DNA of 53,028 bases from the IMG/VR virus record IMGVR_UViG_3300036466_000505, positions 1-53,028 of that record; one strand, written 5' to 3'. The position numbers were made by a program, and so were the translations under genes. Every line of letters begins with the position of its first letter. Within the stretch, counting starts at the first letter, position 1. This DNA comes from a virus. Taxonomy: Duplodnaviria; Caudoviricetes. The notes under the pieces are model-generated. The model made no database searches and had not been told where the DNA came from. It worked only from the letters and a program-made list of their open reading frames with translations. Positions 19,055-28,246 of this stretch are shown here, in pieces.

Positions 19055-20270
19055 GTTTCCCGGCCCGATTCCAGGCGACAAACACCTTGGTTTCCGAATT
19101 CGCGCCGTAAGCACCCTTGAGCGCGTTTTCTCGCTCATTCGCGGATAGTGTGTCCCACCACGCTGCTGCGGCTGTTTTTTCGGCACTCTCGCGCGAAATT
19201 CGGGCGTCTGCGACCCGTCTTTCCACCTCCTCCCGTATCGTCTGCTCCCGGATCTCCTCGTTGAGCCGGATCAGATCCTCCTGCGACAGGTAGCCCTTGG
19301 GGCGGCGATAGCTGCCTTTTTCCAGGGCTTTGAATACCCAGGACGCAGGGTCCTCCACCGGGGCCCCCTCCTTGTCCGTCATGCAGCAGTTCTCGAGCTC
19401 CCATTCCGCGTAAGCTAGAAAAGTTTTCATGGTCACGGGGTCTCTGCAGGATTCTTCCCAGATAGCTTCCAGCTGGTCCAGCTGGGTTTCCCCGAAACCG
19501 GCCTGCCGCAGATGCGGGTACATGAGCTTCAAAGCCTCGCGCGCGCCCATGCGCGGAAAAAAGATAGATAGATTCTTATCTATCTTTCTATCTCTTACGC
19601 GCGTACCTATTAGTGAACTCCCTTCGTTAGTCCCTTCGTCGATTCGTGACTCCCTTCGTCGATTCGTGACTCCCTTCGTGAGTCCGTTCGTGAGTCCCTT
19701 CGTTAGTTCGTTCGACACTTTCACCTCTTCCCTGATGTCTTTTGCCACCACGATCTTCACCCCTTTCATGCGTCCCTTTCCGTAATAGGACGAAGAGATA
19801 TGGCCGAGTTTTTTTAGCCGATAAATAACCGTTCTTACTGTTTCTTTTTTTATTCCTGCGCCATGTACGATGTCGTCGTAATTCAGGATTTCAGGGGTGT
19901 CGTCCAGACAGAGATACGACAGCACGGCCAGCTGTTTTTCAGTAAGGTGTCGAAGTTCGCCAGATAGTCCCTTCGTTAGTCCTTTCGTCAGTCCTTTCGT
20001 TAGTCCTTTCGTCAGTCCCTTCGTTAGTCCTTTCGTCAGTCCCTTCGTTAGTCCTTTCGTGTCTCGATTCGTGACTCGATTCGTGACTCGATTCGTCGAT
20101 TCGTGACTCGATTCGTGACTCGGTTCGTTAGTCCTTTCGTTAGTCCGTTCGTTAGTGTTTTCCGTCTGCGGAGATAGGGGTTTATTGATGGAGCGGACCT
20201 GATCCGAGGCCGCATTCAGGATGCCGTCGGTGTCCGACATGCCTTTCGTGAGAAGTTTGCGAAGCCCCAT
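18999..20270 (-). CDS. Putative plasmid-type replication initiator (wHTH) with internal DNA repeats
   Basis: wHTH-like segment LTEKQLAVLSYL...IKKETVRTVIYRLKKLGHI; C-terminal DPASWVFKALEKGSY; starts 2 nt after the parA stop. Confidence 0.6.
   Translation of the reverse strand: MGLRKLLTKGMSDTDGILNAASDQVRSINKPLSPQTENTNERTNERTNEPSHESSHESTNRVTNRVTNRDTKGLTKGLTKGLTKGLTKGLTKGLTKGLTKGLSGELRHLTEKQLAVLSYLCLDDTPEILNYDDIVHGAGIKKETVRTVIYRLKKLGHISSSYYGKGRMKGVKIVVAKDIREEVKVSNELTKGLTNGLTKGVTNRRRESRIDEGTNEGSSLIGTRVRDRKIDKNLSIFFPRMGAREALKLMYPHLRQAGFGETQLDQLEAIWEESCRDPVTMKTFLAYAEWELENCCMTDKEGAPVEDPASWVFKALEKGSYRRPKGYLSQEDLIRLNEEIREQTIREEVERRVADARISRESAEKTAAAAWWDTLSANERENALKGAYGANSETKVFVAWNRAGKPTAPGGSAASPGPDGHGA
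19616..19712. repeat. Iteron-like 12-bp repeat cluster 2 (TTCGT core)
   Basis: AGTCCCTTCGT, ACTCCCTTCGT and GATTCGT units. Confidence 0.8.
19966..20156. repeat. Iteron-like 12-bp repeat cluster 1
   Basis: Eight tandem AGTCCYTTCGTB units (19966-20061), then ACTCGATTCGTG units and more AGTCCKTTCGTT units. Confidence 0.92.
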
Positions 20271-20272
20271 AG

Positions 20273-21055
20273 TTATCTCTCCCGGGTGATTTCTCGGATC
20301 TCTTTTGCCAGGGCTCTGAACTTGGTGGACGCGGCACAGGATGGGGAGTGGCGCAGGATGGACATGTTCATGCTTTCGGCCTGCTCTACGGCTGTGTTGG
20401 TCGGAATGGATGCGTTGCAGATATTCTCTTTCCCGAACCGGTCGTACAGCTGTTTGACGATGGTCCTGGAGATAATGGTTCGCCGGTCCGTCCGGCTGAT
20501 CACGATACGCAGAAAGCGCAGGTCCGGATTGGAGGTTTCCCGGACATCCCGAATGGACTGCACAGCCCTTCCCAGTCCTTTGATGGAGCGTTTGGAGCTG
20601 GCCACCACAGGGACCAGAACGAAGTCCGCACAGAGCAGGGCCATGGTCACATAGATGCCCATATTGGGCGGGGTGTCCAGGATGGTGAAGTCGTAATTCT
20701 GCGTGGCGTATTCCCGAAGCAGGTTCCGCAACAGGCTGTAGCTCCCGGGCAGGTCCTGGTATAGTTCGTCCTCGATAAACGCGGATTCGACATGATTGGG
20801 CAGAAGGGAAACACCGCGCTCCTCTGTTGTTGTAATGCAGTCCTCAGCCGAAATTGAAGACTCCTGTCGCAACAGATCGTACAGGGTCTTCTGTTCATAG
20901 ACCGGCCCAAGGTTGTCGGAGGCGTCACACTGCGGGTCCAGATCCACGACCAGGACGTTCGTCTTATCGCTCCCCAGCGCCGCCGCCAGGTTCACCGAAA
21001 TCGTGGATTTTCCCACCCCGCCCTTATTATTGGCCACTGCGATAATTTTTCCCAT
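20273..21055 (-). CDS. parA: ParA/Soj-family partition ATPase
   Basis: Deviant Walker A KGGVGKS, VDLDPQ, DTPP. Confidence 0.95.
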   Translation of the reverse strand: MGKIIAVANNKGGVGKSTISVNLAAALGSDKTNVLVVDLDPQCDASDNLGPVYEQKTLYDLLRQESSISAEDCITTTEERGVSLLPNHVESAFIEDELYQDLPGSYSLLRNLLREYATQNYDFTILDTPPNMGIYVTMALLCADFVLVPVVASSKRSIKGLGRAVQSIRDVRETSNPDLRFLRIVISRTDRRTIISRTIVKQLYDRFGKENICNASIPTNTAVEQAESMNMSILRHSPSCAASTKFRALAKEIREITRER

Positions 21056-21159
21056 GGCAGAACTCCTTTGTTTTTTTCGCAGTTAGCAGCGTGAAGCAAG
21101 GTTTTGCAAGGTTTTTTTTATTATCTTGGTGTTTTTTTTAAAAACGGGAAGCGTCCAAA

Positions 21160-21195
21160 AAAAGCCCGGCCCCGAGACTTCGGAGCCGGGCTTTT
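21160..21195 (-). terminator. Intrinsic terminator after ssb
   Basis: AAAAGCCCGGC...GCCGGGCTTTT stem with A/T tails. Confidence 0.8.
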
Positions 21196-21210
21196 CAGTT
21201 CAGGTAAGCG

Positions 21211-21693
21211 TCAAAACGGCTCATCCCCGGGATCATCCTGCGGCGGATACCTGTTCCCGTGTCCGCTTTGGTTCTGCTGCGGCGGCGCCTGCTGCCCTCC
21301 GTATCCCGGAGCCGGAGCCGTCCCGCCCTGCTGCCCCTGTCTGTGCTGCTCGGCCTGGGTCTTGCTTTCCAGGAACTGGATAATCCGCGCCACAATCTCC
21401 GTGGTGTACCGGTCCTGCCCCTGCTGGTCCTGCCACTTCCTGGTCTGCAATTTCCCCTCGATGTAGACCAGGGACCCCTTGTGCAGGTAGTTGGCCACCA
21501 GGTCGGCCAGCTTGCCCCAGGCAACAACCCGGTGCCACTCTGTAGCGTCAACTTTTTGACGGTTTTTGTCAGTATAGGACTCATCCGTGGCCATGGTGAA
21601 ATTTGCCACGGAATTTCCACCCTGCGTATTCCTGAATTCGGGATCTTTCCCGAGCCTGCCGATCAACATCACCTTGTTCAACGATCCTGCCAT
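21211..21693 (-). CDS. ssb: Single-stranded DNA-binding protein
   Basis: [24 protein letters not shown]-rich tail, acidic C-terminus ending DEPF. Confidence 0.97.
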   Translation of the reverse strand: MAGSLNKVMLIGRLGKDPEFRNTQGGNSVANFTMATDESYTDKNRQKVDATEWHRVVAWGKLADLVANYLHKGSLVYIEGKLQTRKWQDQQGQDRYTTEIVARIIQFLESKTQAEQHRQGQQGGTAPAPGYGGQQAPPQQNQSGHGNRYPPQDDPGDEPF

Positions 21694-22426
21694 TTATTTC
21701 TCCTATCGGAAGCTTAAGATGTCTGTCTTCTTCTGCAAATCTTGCTTCAAGATCATGAACTGTCACATAATCCTTGAAACCTCGATTATGTTCCGGCCCT
21801 GCCGAATCCCATTCGAGCATTTTACTCCAAAGGTCAGGGAAATGTTTTCTTACCTTTTTCAATTCCCCGAGTCGTTGCAGGGGACAACAAAAACAGGAAA
21901 CCCTTTTAAATATTCCATACAGCCCCCCCCAGTCGAAACCGTGTTTCTGACAAATGTTAAGGGCGGTAGGCTCGTCAATATTCCACTCGACAAGTGGGTA
22001 TCGTCGCAAGTTTTTTGGATGATACTTTATCCGGTGTGCTTCGTCTGCGGCAATACCGATGCAAGAGACTGGGCTTTCAATGCCTTTGCAATATTTAATT
22101 ATGGCCCCAACTTTTTGACGTGTACACCATCTTCTCATAGGAGAGGGCCATCCATTGCCTATGCGGTGAACTTTGCCCTTTAGCGGCCCTTTTCTGGCAA
22201 CGACTTCACGCTCGAACATCCAATAAGTAAACGGTCTTTTTGGTTTTAATACTGTGATTTTCAAGCCAGTATAATCTTCAAATTTTTCCCAGTGGTCGTA
22301 CATTTGTGGAAATTCCCATCCCGTATCAAATGCAACCAGGGAATGGATTGGCTCTCCTTTTTCGAGCATAAGGAGAGCCATCGCCGTGGAGTCTTTGCCT
22401 CCGGAAAAAGAAATTACGTTATTCAT
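21581..22426 (-). CDS. PAPS reductase-family (CysH/DndC-like) protein
   Basis: [10 protein letters not shown]-loop, [19 protein letters not shown]. Confidence 0.88.
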   Translation of the reverse strand: MNNVISFSGGKDSTAMALLMLEKGEPIHSLVAFDTGWEFPQMYDHWEKFEDYTGLKITVLKPKRPFTYWMFEREVVARKGPLKGKVHRIGNGWPSPMRRWCTRQKVGAIIKYCKGIESPVSCIGIAADEAHRIKYHPKNLRRYPLVEWNIDEPTALNICQKHGFDWGGLYGIFKRVSCFCCPLQRLGELKKVRKHFPDLWSKMLEWDSAGPEHNRGFKDYVTVHDLEARFAEEDRHLKLPIGEINGRIVEQGDVDRQARERSRIQEYAGWKFRGKFHHGHG

Positions 22427-23339
22427 TGGCCCTATCCAGCCTCACCCCCACAGCCTCCTGCACTTCCACCGGCAACCCGGCAAACCCTGCGGCTCCTTTG
22501 TGGCCGCCTCCTCCGTGGGCCCTGGCGATCTCGGAGACGTCGCAGTCGTCCACGGCGTAGATGGAGCACTGCCAGCCTCGCTTGGGGGAGAACCCGAACA
22601 GCATCACCGCGTCGTAATGGTCTTTGCCGGTGACCACTGAATCGAAAATCTTGCTTCCGGCTCCCCTGCGGTTCAGGCACAGGACCTTTTTGCCCATGAT
22701 CTCCACGGGGAACGCGGACTTTGCGGCAATGGCGTTCTGTTTGATCTCGTATCGCAGGATGCCCTCGCCCATGGACAGCCAGGCGGGCGGAATCATCTCC
22801 TCGCACTGAAAGAGCATTCCCCAGAGGTCCATATTGTCATCGTCGGGCCACGATTCCGGCACCCGCATGGCATACTGAAACGGGAGACACTCGGGGTCCC
22901 TGTGATCCCAGACATCATACCGGCCCAGGAGGCGGATGGCCGGGGGGAGCAGGAGTGGCCACTGGGTTCTGAACCAGCCAGGGGGTGTGGTCTTGGGAAT
23001 TTTGATCCCCTGGGGGGAACAGAACACCCAGGTCAATTCGCACCCGGCAAAGTCCGGGCGCCTGATCCCGGCGATCTGGTCAGCCAATCCGTCCATGTCC
23101 TCGATGGCGGTCTTGTGGTGATCGATCCATGTCAGACGGCATTCCCGGTGCAGCCGGAGCATGTCGTCCACAGGAAATGAGAAATCGACCACAAACACCC
23201 GTTCCGCCGCGCTGAGTTTATTGAAGTCCGGCCGGTCTCCGTAGTTCACCCCGATCATCTCGCAGTCGGGGTGATGATATTTGACGATGGCCCCGGCGCA
23301 ATGGCCGTCCAGGTCCGCGCTATGAAAAAAACACTTCAT
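22419..23339 (-). CDS. DHH/DHHA1-family phosphoesterase
   Basis: DLDG, VDFS, DHH, GGGGHKGAAGF. Confidence 0.92.
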   Translation of the reverse strand: MKCFFHSADLDGHCAGAIVKYHHPDCEMIGVNYGDRPDFNKLSAAERVFVVDFSFPVDDMLRLHRECRLTWIDHHKTAIEDMDGLADQIAGIRRPDFAGCELTWVFCSPQGIKIPKTTPPGWFRTQWPLLLPPAIRLLGRYDVWDHRDPECLPFQYAMRVPESWPDDDNMDLWGMLFQCEEMIPPAWLSMGEGILRYEIKQNAIAAKSAFPVEIMGKKVLCLNRRGAGSKIFDSVVTGKDHYDAVMLFGFSPKRGWQCSIYAVDDCDVSEIARAHGGGGHKGAAGFAGLPVEVQEAVGVRLDRANE

Positions 23340-23527
23340 TGATTTTCTTCCTCTTCAAAAAGGGTGCTGGTCGGAAACACGATCTCTGCCCCGCACTCCC
23401 GATTCGTGCAGGCCATCCGGTCGTTGTCCCATCCTCCCCCATACAGGGGGAGCATGATGGAACCGCAGATGTCGCAGACGATCTCTTTCTCTTTTTTGGC
23501 CATGAGTTCGAATTGTGATTTCGTCAC
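23336..23527 (-). CDS. Small zinc-ribbon protein
   Basis: CxxC...CxxxxC; overlaps the neighbouring start and stop codons. Confidence 0.6.
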   Translation of the reverse strand: MTKSQFELMAKKEKEIVCDICGSIMLPLYGGGWDNDRMACTNRECGAEIVFPTSTLFEEEENQ

Positions 23528-23943
23528 TCAACATTCCCTCTGGTGCCTACAAGGTGCTCGTTGCCTTCGAATGTGATGCACTGAGCCCAAGCCGCCGAAA
23601 TGCTGTTATACGGATAATTCTTGTCTGAGGTGTAATGCGAAAACAGGGACGCCTTCCAGTAATCACGGTCCTCGTCCCGCACTAATACTTTGTCGAATGG
23701 CTCAAACTTCGGTTTTTCGTCTTCTGGACAGGGTGGAGCCCAGTGCGGGATGTCCGGGTGGCCTTTGGGCCAAGCAGAGGGGAAAGCATCCCCTCGTAGT
23801 CGTTTGCCTTCGACGGAATACCTGTCGACGCACTCTATAGTATAGAATGAACCTTCAACTAACTCTGTAATCCTTGTCCACCCATTCCGAATAGTAAACA
23901 CCCAATCACCAACGTTTACATCTTCCAGAATAGCTTTACTCAT
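23524..23943 (-). CDS. Hypothetical phage protein
   Basis: FEPFDKVLVRD...W..CI..EGNEHLVG motif common in phage proteins. Confidence 0.7.
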   Translation of the reverse strand: MSKAILEDVNVGDWVFTIRNGWTRITELVEGSFYTIECVDRYSVEGKRLRGDAFPSAWPKGHPDIPHWAPPCPEDEKPKFEPFDKVLVRDEDRDYWKASLFSHYTSDKNYPYNSISAAWAQCITFEGNEHLVGTRGNVE

Positions 23944-24199
23944 GACTTTCTCCTTTAGCTTTTGCTATTGCGGCCCGGTTCCTGCAATTTATACAACTTT
24001 CCTTCATACAGAGACCAACACCCAAAGCGTTTCTGCATGTGTTTTCCAGCGCCTTCAGCATATCCGGAGCCGCTGCAATAAGACGTGCGTCTTCTTCTTT
24101 TTCTATAACCCCAATAGACTCATTATTACTTCCAACGATCCAGAGTCCTCCGTAAGGGCCTTCATTGCACTCCCACGGCCCCGGTGTGTGCCTGCTCAT
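23936..24199 (-). CDS. Small phage protein of the 'HTPGPW' type
   Basis: MSRHTPGPW...DARLIAAAPDMLKAL. Confidence 0.75.
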   Translation of the reverse strand: MSRHTPGPWECNEGPYGGLWIVGSNNESIGVIEKEEDARLIAAAPDMLKALENTCRNALGVGLCMKESCINCRNRAAIAKAKGESHE

Positions 24200-24287
24200 T
24201 CTTCCACCTCCCCCATCGCCCCGTGCAACAGCTCCCGGACCCGCCGGGCGTGCGCGGCCTCCTGTTTTACCAGGACCGGGGCCAGGG

Positions 24288-24452
24288 CTATCTTTTCTTC
24301 CATGCTTCCTGCTCCTGCCTGTATTGTGCTCGGCGTTTTGCTGCTTCCGCCTCGTTTTTCTGTCGGTTGTTGAAGGCCCGCGGTTTGCGGGTAGCCACCT
24401 GGGACTCGAAATCCAGACGGGCCAGATGGTCGGCTACGAGTTCGTTGTTCAT
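24288..24452 (-). CDS. Small basic hypothetical protein
   Basis: MNNELVADHLARL...; ATG overlaps the upstream stop. Confidence 0.45.
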   Translation of the reverse strand: MNNELVADHLARLDFESQVATRKPRAFNNRQKNEAEAAKRRAQYRQEQEAWKKR

Positions 24453-24898
24453 TGCGCCATCCTCCATACAGCTTCGCCCAGGGCCTGCCCGGTCACCTGG
24501 TCGGGGCCGGTCGGGTCGCCCCAGTCCGGTTCCATGACCAGATACATATCCCGCAGCGCGTGCAGCAAATACAACCACGGCATCCGCCGGTCTCTGGGCG
24601 CCTGTCTCCATGCCTCTTCCACCAGGATCAGCCCGGCGGTCAGAAACATGGCCAGCTGTTTCGGGCCGGGCACCAGCTCCACGGCCCTGGCAGTGGCGGC
24701 CACCATGGCCGTGCGCATCCGGATCATGTTTTTTTCGTTCTGCCGGCTCGGCTGAATAAATGCGGTACACCGAGCCACCCACTTATCCAGCCGCGCCAGA
24801 ATCCGGTCCTGATCCCCGTTCGGCGTGCCGGACAGGGTGGCCGACCGAATGGAGTCCACGAACAGCAACGGCAAAGCCTGGCGGTTATATGCGGCCAT
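24449..24898 (-). CDS. Hypothetical protein
   Basis: GAGG upstream of MAAYNRQ; lies in the operon. Confidence 0.6.
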   Translation of the reverse strand: MAAYNRQALPLLFVDSIRSATLSGTPNGDQDRILARLDKWVARCTAFIQPSRQNEKNMIRMRTAMVAATARAVELVPGPKQLAMFLTAGLILVEEAWRQAPRDRRMPWLYLLHALRDMYLVMEPDWGDPTGPDQVTGQALGEAVWRMAQ

Positions 24899-24967
24899 GC
24901 TGCACGTCCTCGCTTTCCCACCCACCTTGGACGGTAAACACCCAATCGCCGACCTTTATGTATCTGC

Positions 24968-25237
24968 TCATATTTTTGCCGTACCCGTTTTTTTGTATAT
25001 CTCTGTCTGATCAAGGCTCCCATGCTCGGACAAGGGAAAATAATCGCCGAGCCCGATGGAAGCCAGATTCTGAATTTTAATGGTCAGCGGGCTGGCCACC
25101 AGTTCGGCGGCGCAGGCCCAGCGGATTTTCATCAGGGCGTCGCGCATGGCCCTGTTGTCCTGACTGCGGGCGACTATTGTTAAACCGGCAATCGCGGCGC
25201 CGGCCAAGAAACCAAGAACGAAGTGCATGTCTGCCAT
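24968..25237 (-). CDS. Hypothetical protein with an N-terminal TM helix
   Basis: FVLGFLAGAAIAGLTIVA. Confidence 0.55.
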   Translation of the reverse strand: MADMHFVLGFLAGAAIAGLTIVARSQDNRAMRDALMKIRWACAAELVASPLTIKIQNLASIGLGDYFPLSEHGSLDQTEIYKKTGTAKI

Positions 25238-25240
25238 TTT

Positions 25241-25840
25241 CTAAAATCCCCATACCGGGTCCGGGACCCGGAGGTTTTTGAACCCGAGCAGGTTGACCCA
25301 GTCCGGATCGTCGATTTTCGGTTCCGTAGCCACGGTCTGCACCTTGGCGCCGCGGTGGTCCAGGCGGGCGTTGTCATACCGGTTTCGAGACCGGCACCAG
25401 CTGAGCCACTTCCCGTCAACATCCACAGCCTCGTCCGGCCAGTATTCGGCCAGCAGGTCGATCACCCGGTTGGATGCGCCGGGCACGGTGTACCGCACTC
25501 CGGTAATGGTGGAACTCTTGACGTTGGGCAGCAGCACATATCCGGCGGGTAGTTTTCCGGTGGCCTCCCTGCGTCGCAGGCGACCAAGGGATGATACCTC
25601 AAAATCCGCCCACTCCCCCCTCCCTGGCGCCCACTGTTCTTCGCGTTGTTCCGGAGGGTCGCAGGGTTCGTCCCGGTTCCGGCCCAGCGGAACCCCCATG
25701 CGCGCGGCCTTTTTCTGTACCCCGGGCGGCTCCCGGTCATATCCGGCCTCTGCCAGGGCGTCGCTTACGGCCCTGGACCCGGCCGGGGCGACCCTGGTCA
25801 GAATTTCAAGCTCTTCCTCTGTCCATGTGTTTGGATTCAT
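25241..25840 (-). CDS. DNA-binding protein with a WTEEE (Myb/SANT-like) start and a NUMOD4-like motif
   Basis: MNPNTWTEEELEIL; EEQWAP...FEVSSLGRLRR; no HNH motif seen. Confidence 0.6.
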   Translation of the reverse strand: MNPNTWTEEELEILTRVAPAGSRAVSDALAEAGYDREPPGVQKKAARMGVPLGRNRDEPCDPPEQREEQWAPGRGEWADFEVSSLGRLRRREATGKLPAGYVLLPNVKSSTITGVRYTVPGASNRVIDLLAEYWPDEAVDVDGKWLSWCRSRNRYDNARLDHRGAKVQTVATEPKIDDPDWVNLLGFKNLRVPDPVWGF

Positions 25841-25887
25841 ACGCAATACTCCGTACCGCCCCGGGAGGTGGTCCCGGGGCGTTTGGC

Positions 25888-26634
25888 TTACAGCAGAACA
25901 GGAACCGTCTCGATGTGGTCTGTCAGGTACTCCGCGATGCTGCGGGATGCCGCAATCTGCCACCGGTTGCCGTCGGCCTCGAACAGCGCAAAGGACACCG
26001 GGTTCCTGCTGTCCTGGTCCTGGCGCATTCGAAAAACAAACTGACATTCGGGCTGTTTAATTTCCGGGAATGTCCGGTACGGCTGCAGGGTGACCGGGTT
26101 GGGCAGAACGACTTCCTCTCGTCGGGCAATGCCGGTCTTGGCCGTGGTTCGCTGGCTCACGCCGTCGTCTGCAATCCCGACAGAGGCGTTAACCTCTACA
26201 TTTCCAGCAATCTGCAGCAGCTTACTCCGGTTTTCGGATGGGCAGAATTCCGACTGGACGTTGATGGCAAACTTTTCGGAATCCTGAAACTGGCCGAACT
26301 GAAAGTTGTTTTTCAGGGTTGTCGCCCGGAGCAGTACGGATCGCTGCAGAAACGGGCCATGTAGGGGGGTGCACAAAGATACGGTCCGGTAATCTTCAAC
26401 ATGAAAAAACAAGGACGGGGCGTGGCCGATATCTTTGGCAAGACAGGAGCCGAGTTCGCTGTCGAGCCCATTCTTGAAATACGAGACCAGGCCCTGGAGC
26501 GAACAGACGTCCACGGTTGTCGGCTCAGGTTCGTTGATGGGCCGGAGCTGTTTGTCAGAATATCTGCGCCCCTCAAGGTCATAAAGCTGCGGTTTGGCCT
26601 TTTCCAAAAGAAACTGCATTGCGGACTTAATCAT
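25888..26634 (-). CDS. Conserved phage hypothetical protein
   Basis: DDGVSQ...PNPVTLQPYRTFPEI.QP...FVFRM...ALFEADG motif. Confidence 0.8.
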   Translation of the reverse strand: MIKSAMQFLLEKAKPQLYDLEGRRYSDKQLRPINEPEPTTVDVCSLQGLVSYFKNGLDSELGSCLAKDIGHAPSLFFHVEDYRTVSLCTPLHGPFLQRSVLLRATTLKNNFQFGQFQDSEKFAINVQSEFCPSENRSKLLQIAGNVEVNASVGIADDGVSQRTTAKTGIARREEVVLPNPVTLQPYRTFPEIKQPECQFVFRMRQDQDSRNPVSFALFEADGNRWQIAASRSIAEYLTDHIETVPVLL

Positions 26635-26978
26635 TTTGCACCTCCTGTTCCGTGCATGGGCAGTACTCCGCCCATTTCTTCCTGTTGCGTCTTGAATTCG
26701 CTGGCCATAGCCCGACCGGACCGGTCCTTGTCGATCAGGATCTGGGTCTCAAGCGCTTCGGCCGGAGCCAGCTGGGATTTCGCCTGAAACAGGACCTGTC
26801 CGATATTGCGTTCTTTGTTGGGTTTGATTTTGATCTCCAGAACCACCTTGCGCATCTTGTCCGCCTCGGTGTTGGGGTCAAGAATGTTCTGCAGGACATT
26901 GTTCAGTTCGATATCCACAGCCTCAATCATTGCTCCACCATGCAGGGTGGACGCGGACAACACTTCACCTTCCATCAT
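26631..26978 (-). CDS. Conserved phage hypothetical protein (usual partner of the gene above)
   Basis: GGA..E.....L..VL.NI.DPNT....RK motif. Confidence 0.75.
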   Translation of the reverse strand: MMEGEVLSASTLHGGAMIEAVDIELNNVLQNILDPNTEADKMRKVVLEIKIKPNKERNIGQVLFQAKSQLAPAEALETQILIDKDRSGRAMASEFKTQQEEMGGVLPMHGTGGAK

Positions 26979-27266
26979 GTCTGTTCCCTTTGATAATAAG
27001 TGAGGTTCCGGGCAGGCGGTCAGCCTCCGGAGCCAGATAAAAACGGGCCCGCACCGCATACAGGGGTGTCTCGTGCCCTGGGTGCGGGCCCGCTCCAGCA
27101 AATGAAAGAACGTTCAGCCTGGCGGGTCTCTACTTCCGACAGGCCCAGCCGCCGCTTTTTGTTGTGCGCCGGACGGTCCAGGCGCGAAATGGTTCCTTTC
27201 GGGGGGTGCGTGCGGGGACGGTGTGTGTCTCCCTGTCCAGGCTGCCCTCTCCGTCAAGATGGCCAC

Positions 27267-27317
27267 AGAATAGGAATATTATTCCGGTCTTGTCAAGGAA
27301 AATAGGAACTGTGTTCC
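27267..27317 (-). promoter_or_regulatory. Leftward early promoter TTGACA-N18-TATTCT with two GGAA-N5-TTCC operators (27273-27285, 27305-27317)
   Basis: Minus strand reads ttgaca agaccggaataatattcc tattct. Confidence 0.7.
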
Positions 27318-27351
27318 GCTTTATGCGCAAAAATGCGGGGAGAACCACAAA

Positions 27352-27390
27352 AAAACCCTACCTTTGACACTTGCAAAAAGGTAGGGTTTT
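27352..27390 (-). terminator. Intrinsic terminator after the HTH gene
   Basis: AAAACCCTACCTTT...AAAGGTAGGGTTTT inverted repeat. Confidence 0.8.
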
Positions 27391-27408
27391 CCTCTTGATT
27401 GAAATAGA

Positions 27409-27630
27409 TTAGGGTATCACGTCTGTGTCGAACAGATCCTTGGGGTCCACGTGCAGGGCCTGGCCGATACGGGCCAGCGTGCGCAGAGACAGTGTCTCGA
27501 TACGGTGATCCCGGGCGCGCTGGATCGTGGTCGTATCCAGCCGGGACAGGTCGGCAAGACGGCGAATGGAGATGTGCCGGGCCTGCATCAGGGCGCGGAC
27601 ATGGGAGGTGATGGACGGCCTGTTGGTCAT
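27409..27630 (-). CDS. Cro/C1-type HTH regulator
   Basis: ISIRRLADLSRLDTTTIQR...TLARIGQALHVDPKDLF. Confidence 0.85.
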   Translation of the reverse strand: MTNRPSITSHVRALMQARHISIRRLADLSRLDTTTIQRARDHRIETLSLRTLARIGQALHVDPKDLFDTDVIP

Positions 27631-27688
27631 GGGCTGTCCGAGTTCAGGAATATGCAGGAATTGTGTGGGGGGATATCCACACGGGGAG

Positions 27689-27929
27689 TATGCCAGAAAT
27701 GGAAATTGCAGAGATGTTGGAGATGGCAGAGGCGCTGCAGGGCGCGCATCACGGGTATGACGTGCGTGTCATGGGGGCTCGACTACAGATGCTTGCGGAG
27801 CGCCTGAACGACCGGCATACGATCGCCCAGGGCTCCGCCGGTCAGGTCAATGCACCTGATCCGGAGTTTTTACAGGCTGGCTCGCTGTGCGCTGCCGGTC
27901 CTGTATCCGGGACTGGGCAGCAAAAATGA
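27689..27929 (+). CDS. Hypothetical protein (start uncertain)
   Basis: Helical ORF MPEMEIAEMLEMAEAL...; overlaps the 3' end of the convergent repressor gene. Confidence 0.35.
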
Positions 27930-28149
27930 GCTGAGCAAAATCCTGATACAGGGCGTCGGCCAGCATGGCCGCCTCTGTAAACGCCAACGTGGTCTTCCCG
28001 TTCAGCAGCAATCGGAACTTCCTGGCTGCGTCACGCTGGTGCGGCCACGCCCTCCGGGTCAACTCTGTTGGCCCGATTTTTTTGCGCTTTGCTATCTCTT
28101 GTATCAATAACAGATATTCTTTTTCTAAATCCTTGAATGTGTTTTGCAT
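27847..28149 (-). CDS. Putative repressor (HTH-only, CI-like position)
   Basis: SD AAGGAGG, XRE-like helices, divergent from the cro-like gene. Confidence 0.65.
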   Translation of the reverse strand: MQNTFKDLEKEYLLLIQEIAKRKKIGPTELTRRAWPHQRDAARKFRLLLNGKTTLAFTEAAMLADALYQDFAQLIFAAQSRIQDRQRTASQPVKTPDQVH

Positions 28150-28173
28150 GGGTCCTCCTTGCGGTCGACATAC

Positions 28174-28239
28174 GGGAAACCGGTTCCCCTGTCTGCCGGA
28201 AAAAATTGCTGGACAACACCGGAACTATATTCCTATCAT
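28174..28239 (+). promoter_or_regulatory. Rightward promoter TGGACA-N18-TATCAT with operators at 28175-28187 and 28221-28233
   Basis: tggaca acaccggaactatattcc tatcat, plus the GGGAAaccggTTCCC inverted repeat upstream. Confidence 0.7.
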
Positions 28240-28246
28240 CGGCCGC

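Noticed and set aside
19616-20156. Repeat clusters as a CRISPR array
   Set aside because: The 12-bp units are tandem with no unique spacers, lie inside a CDS, and there are no cas genes.
21581-22426. cysH as a sulfur-metabolism auxiliary gene
   Set aside because: Family membership alone does not establish this function, and the context is DNA metabolism.
25241-25840. NUMOD4-containing gene as a homing endonuclease
   Set aside because: No HNH or other nuclease motif is visible.
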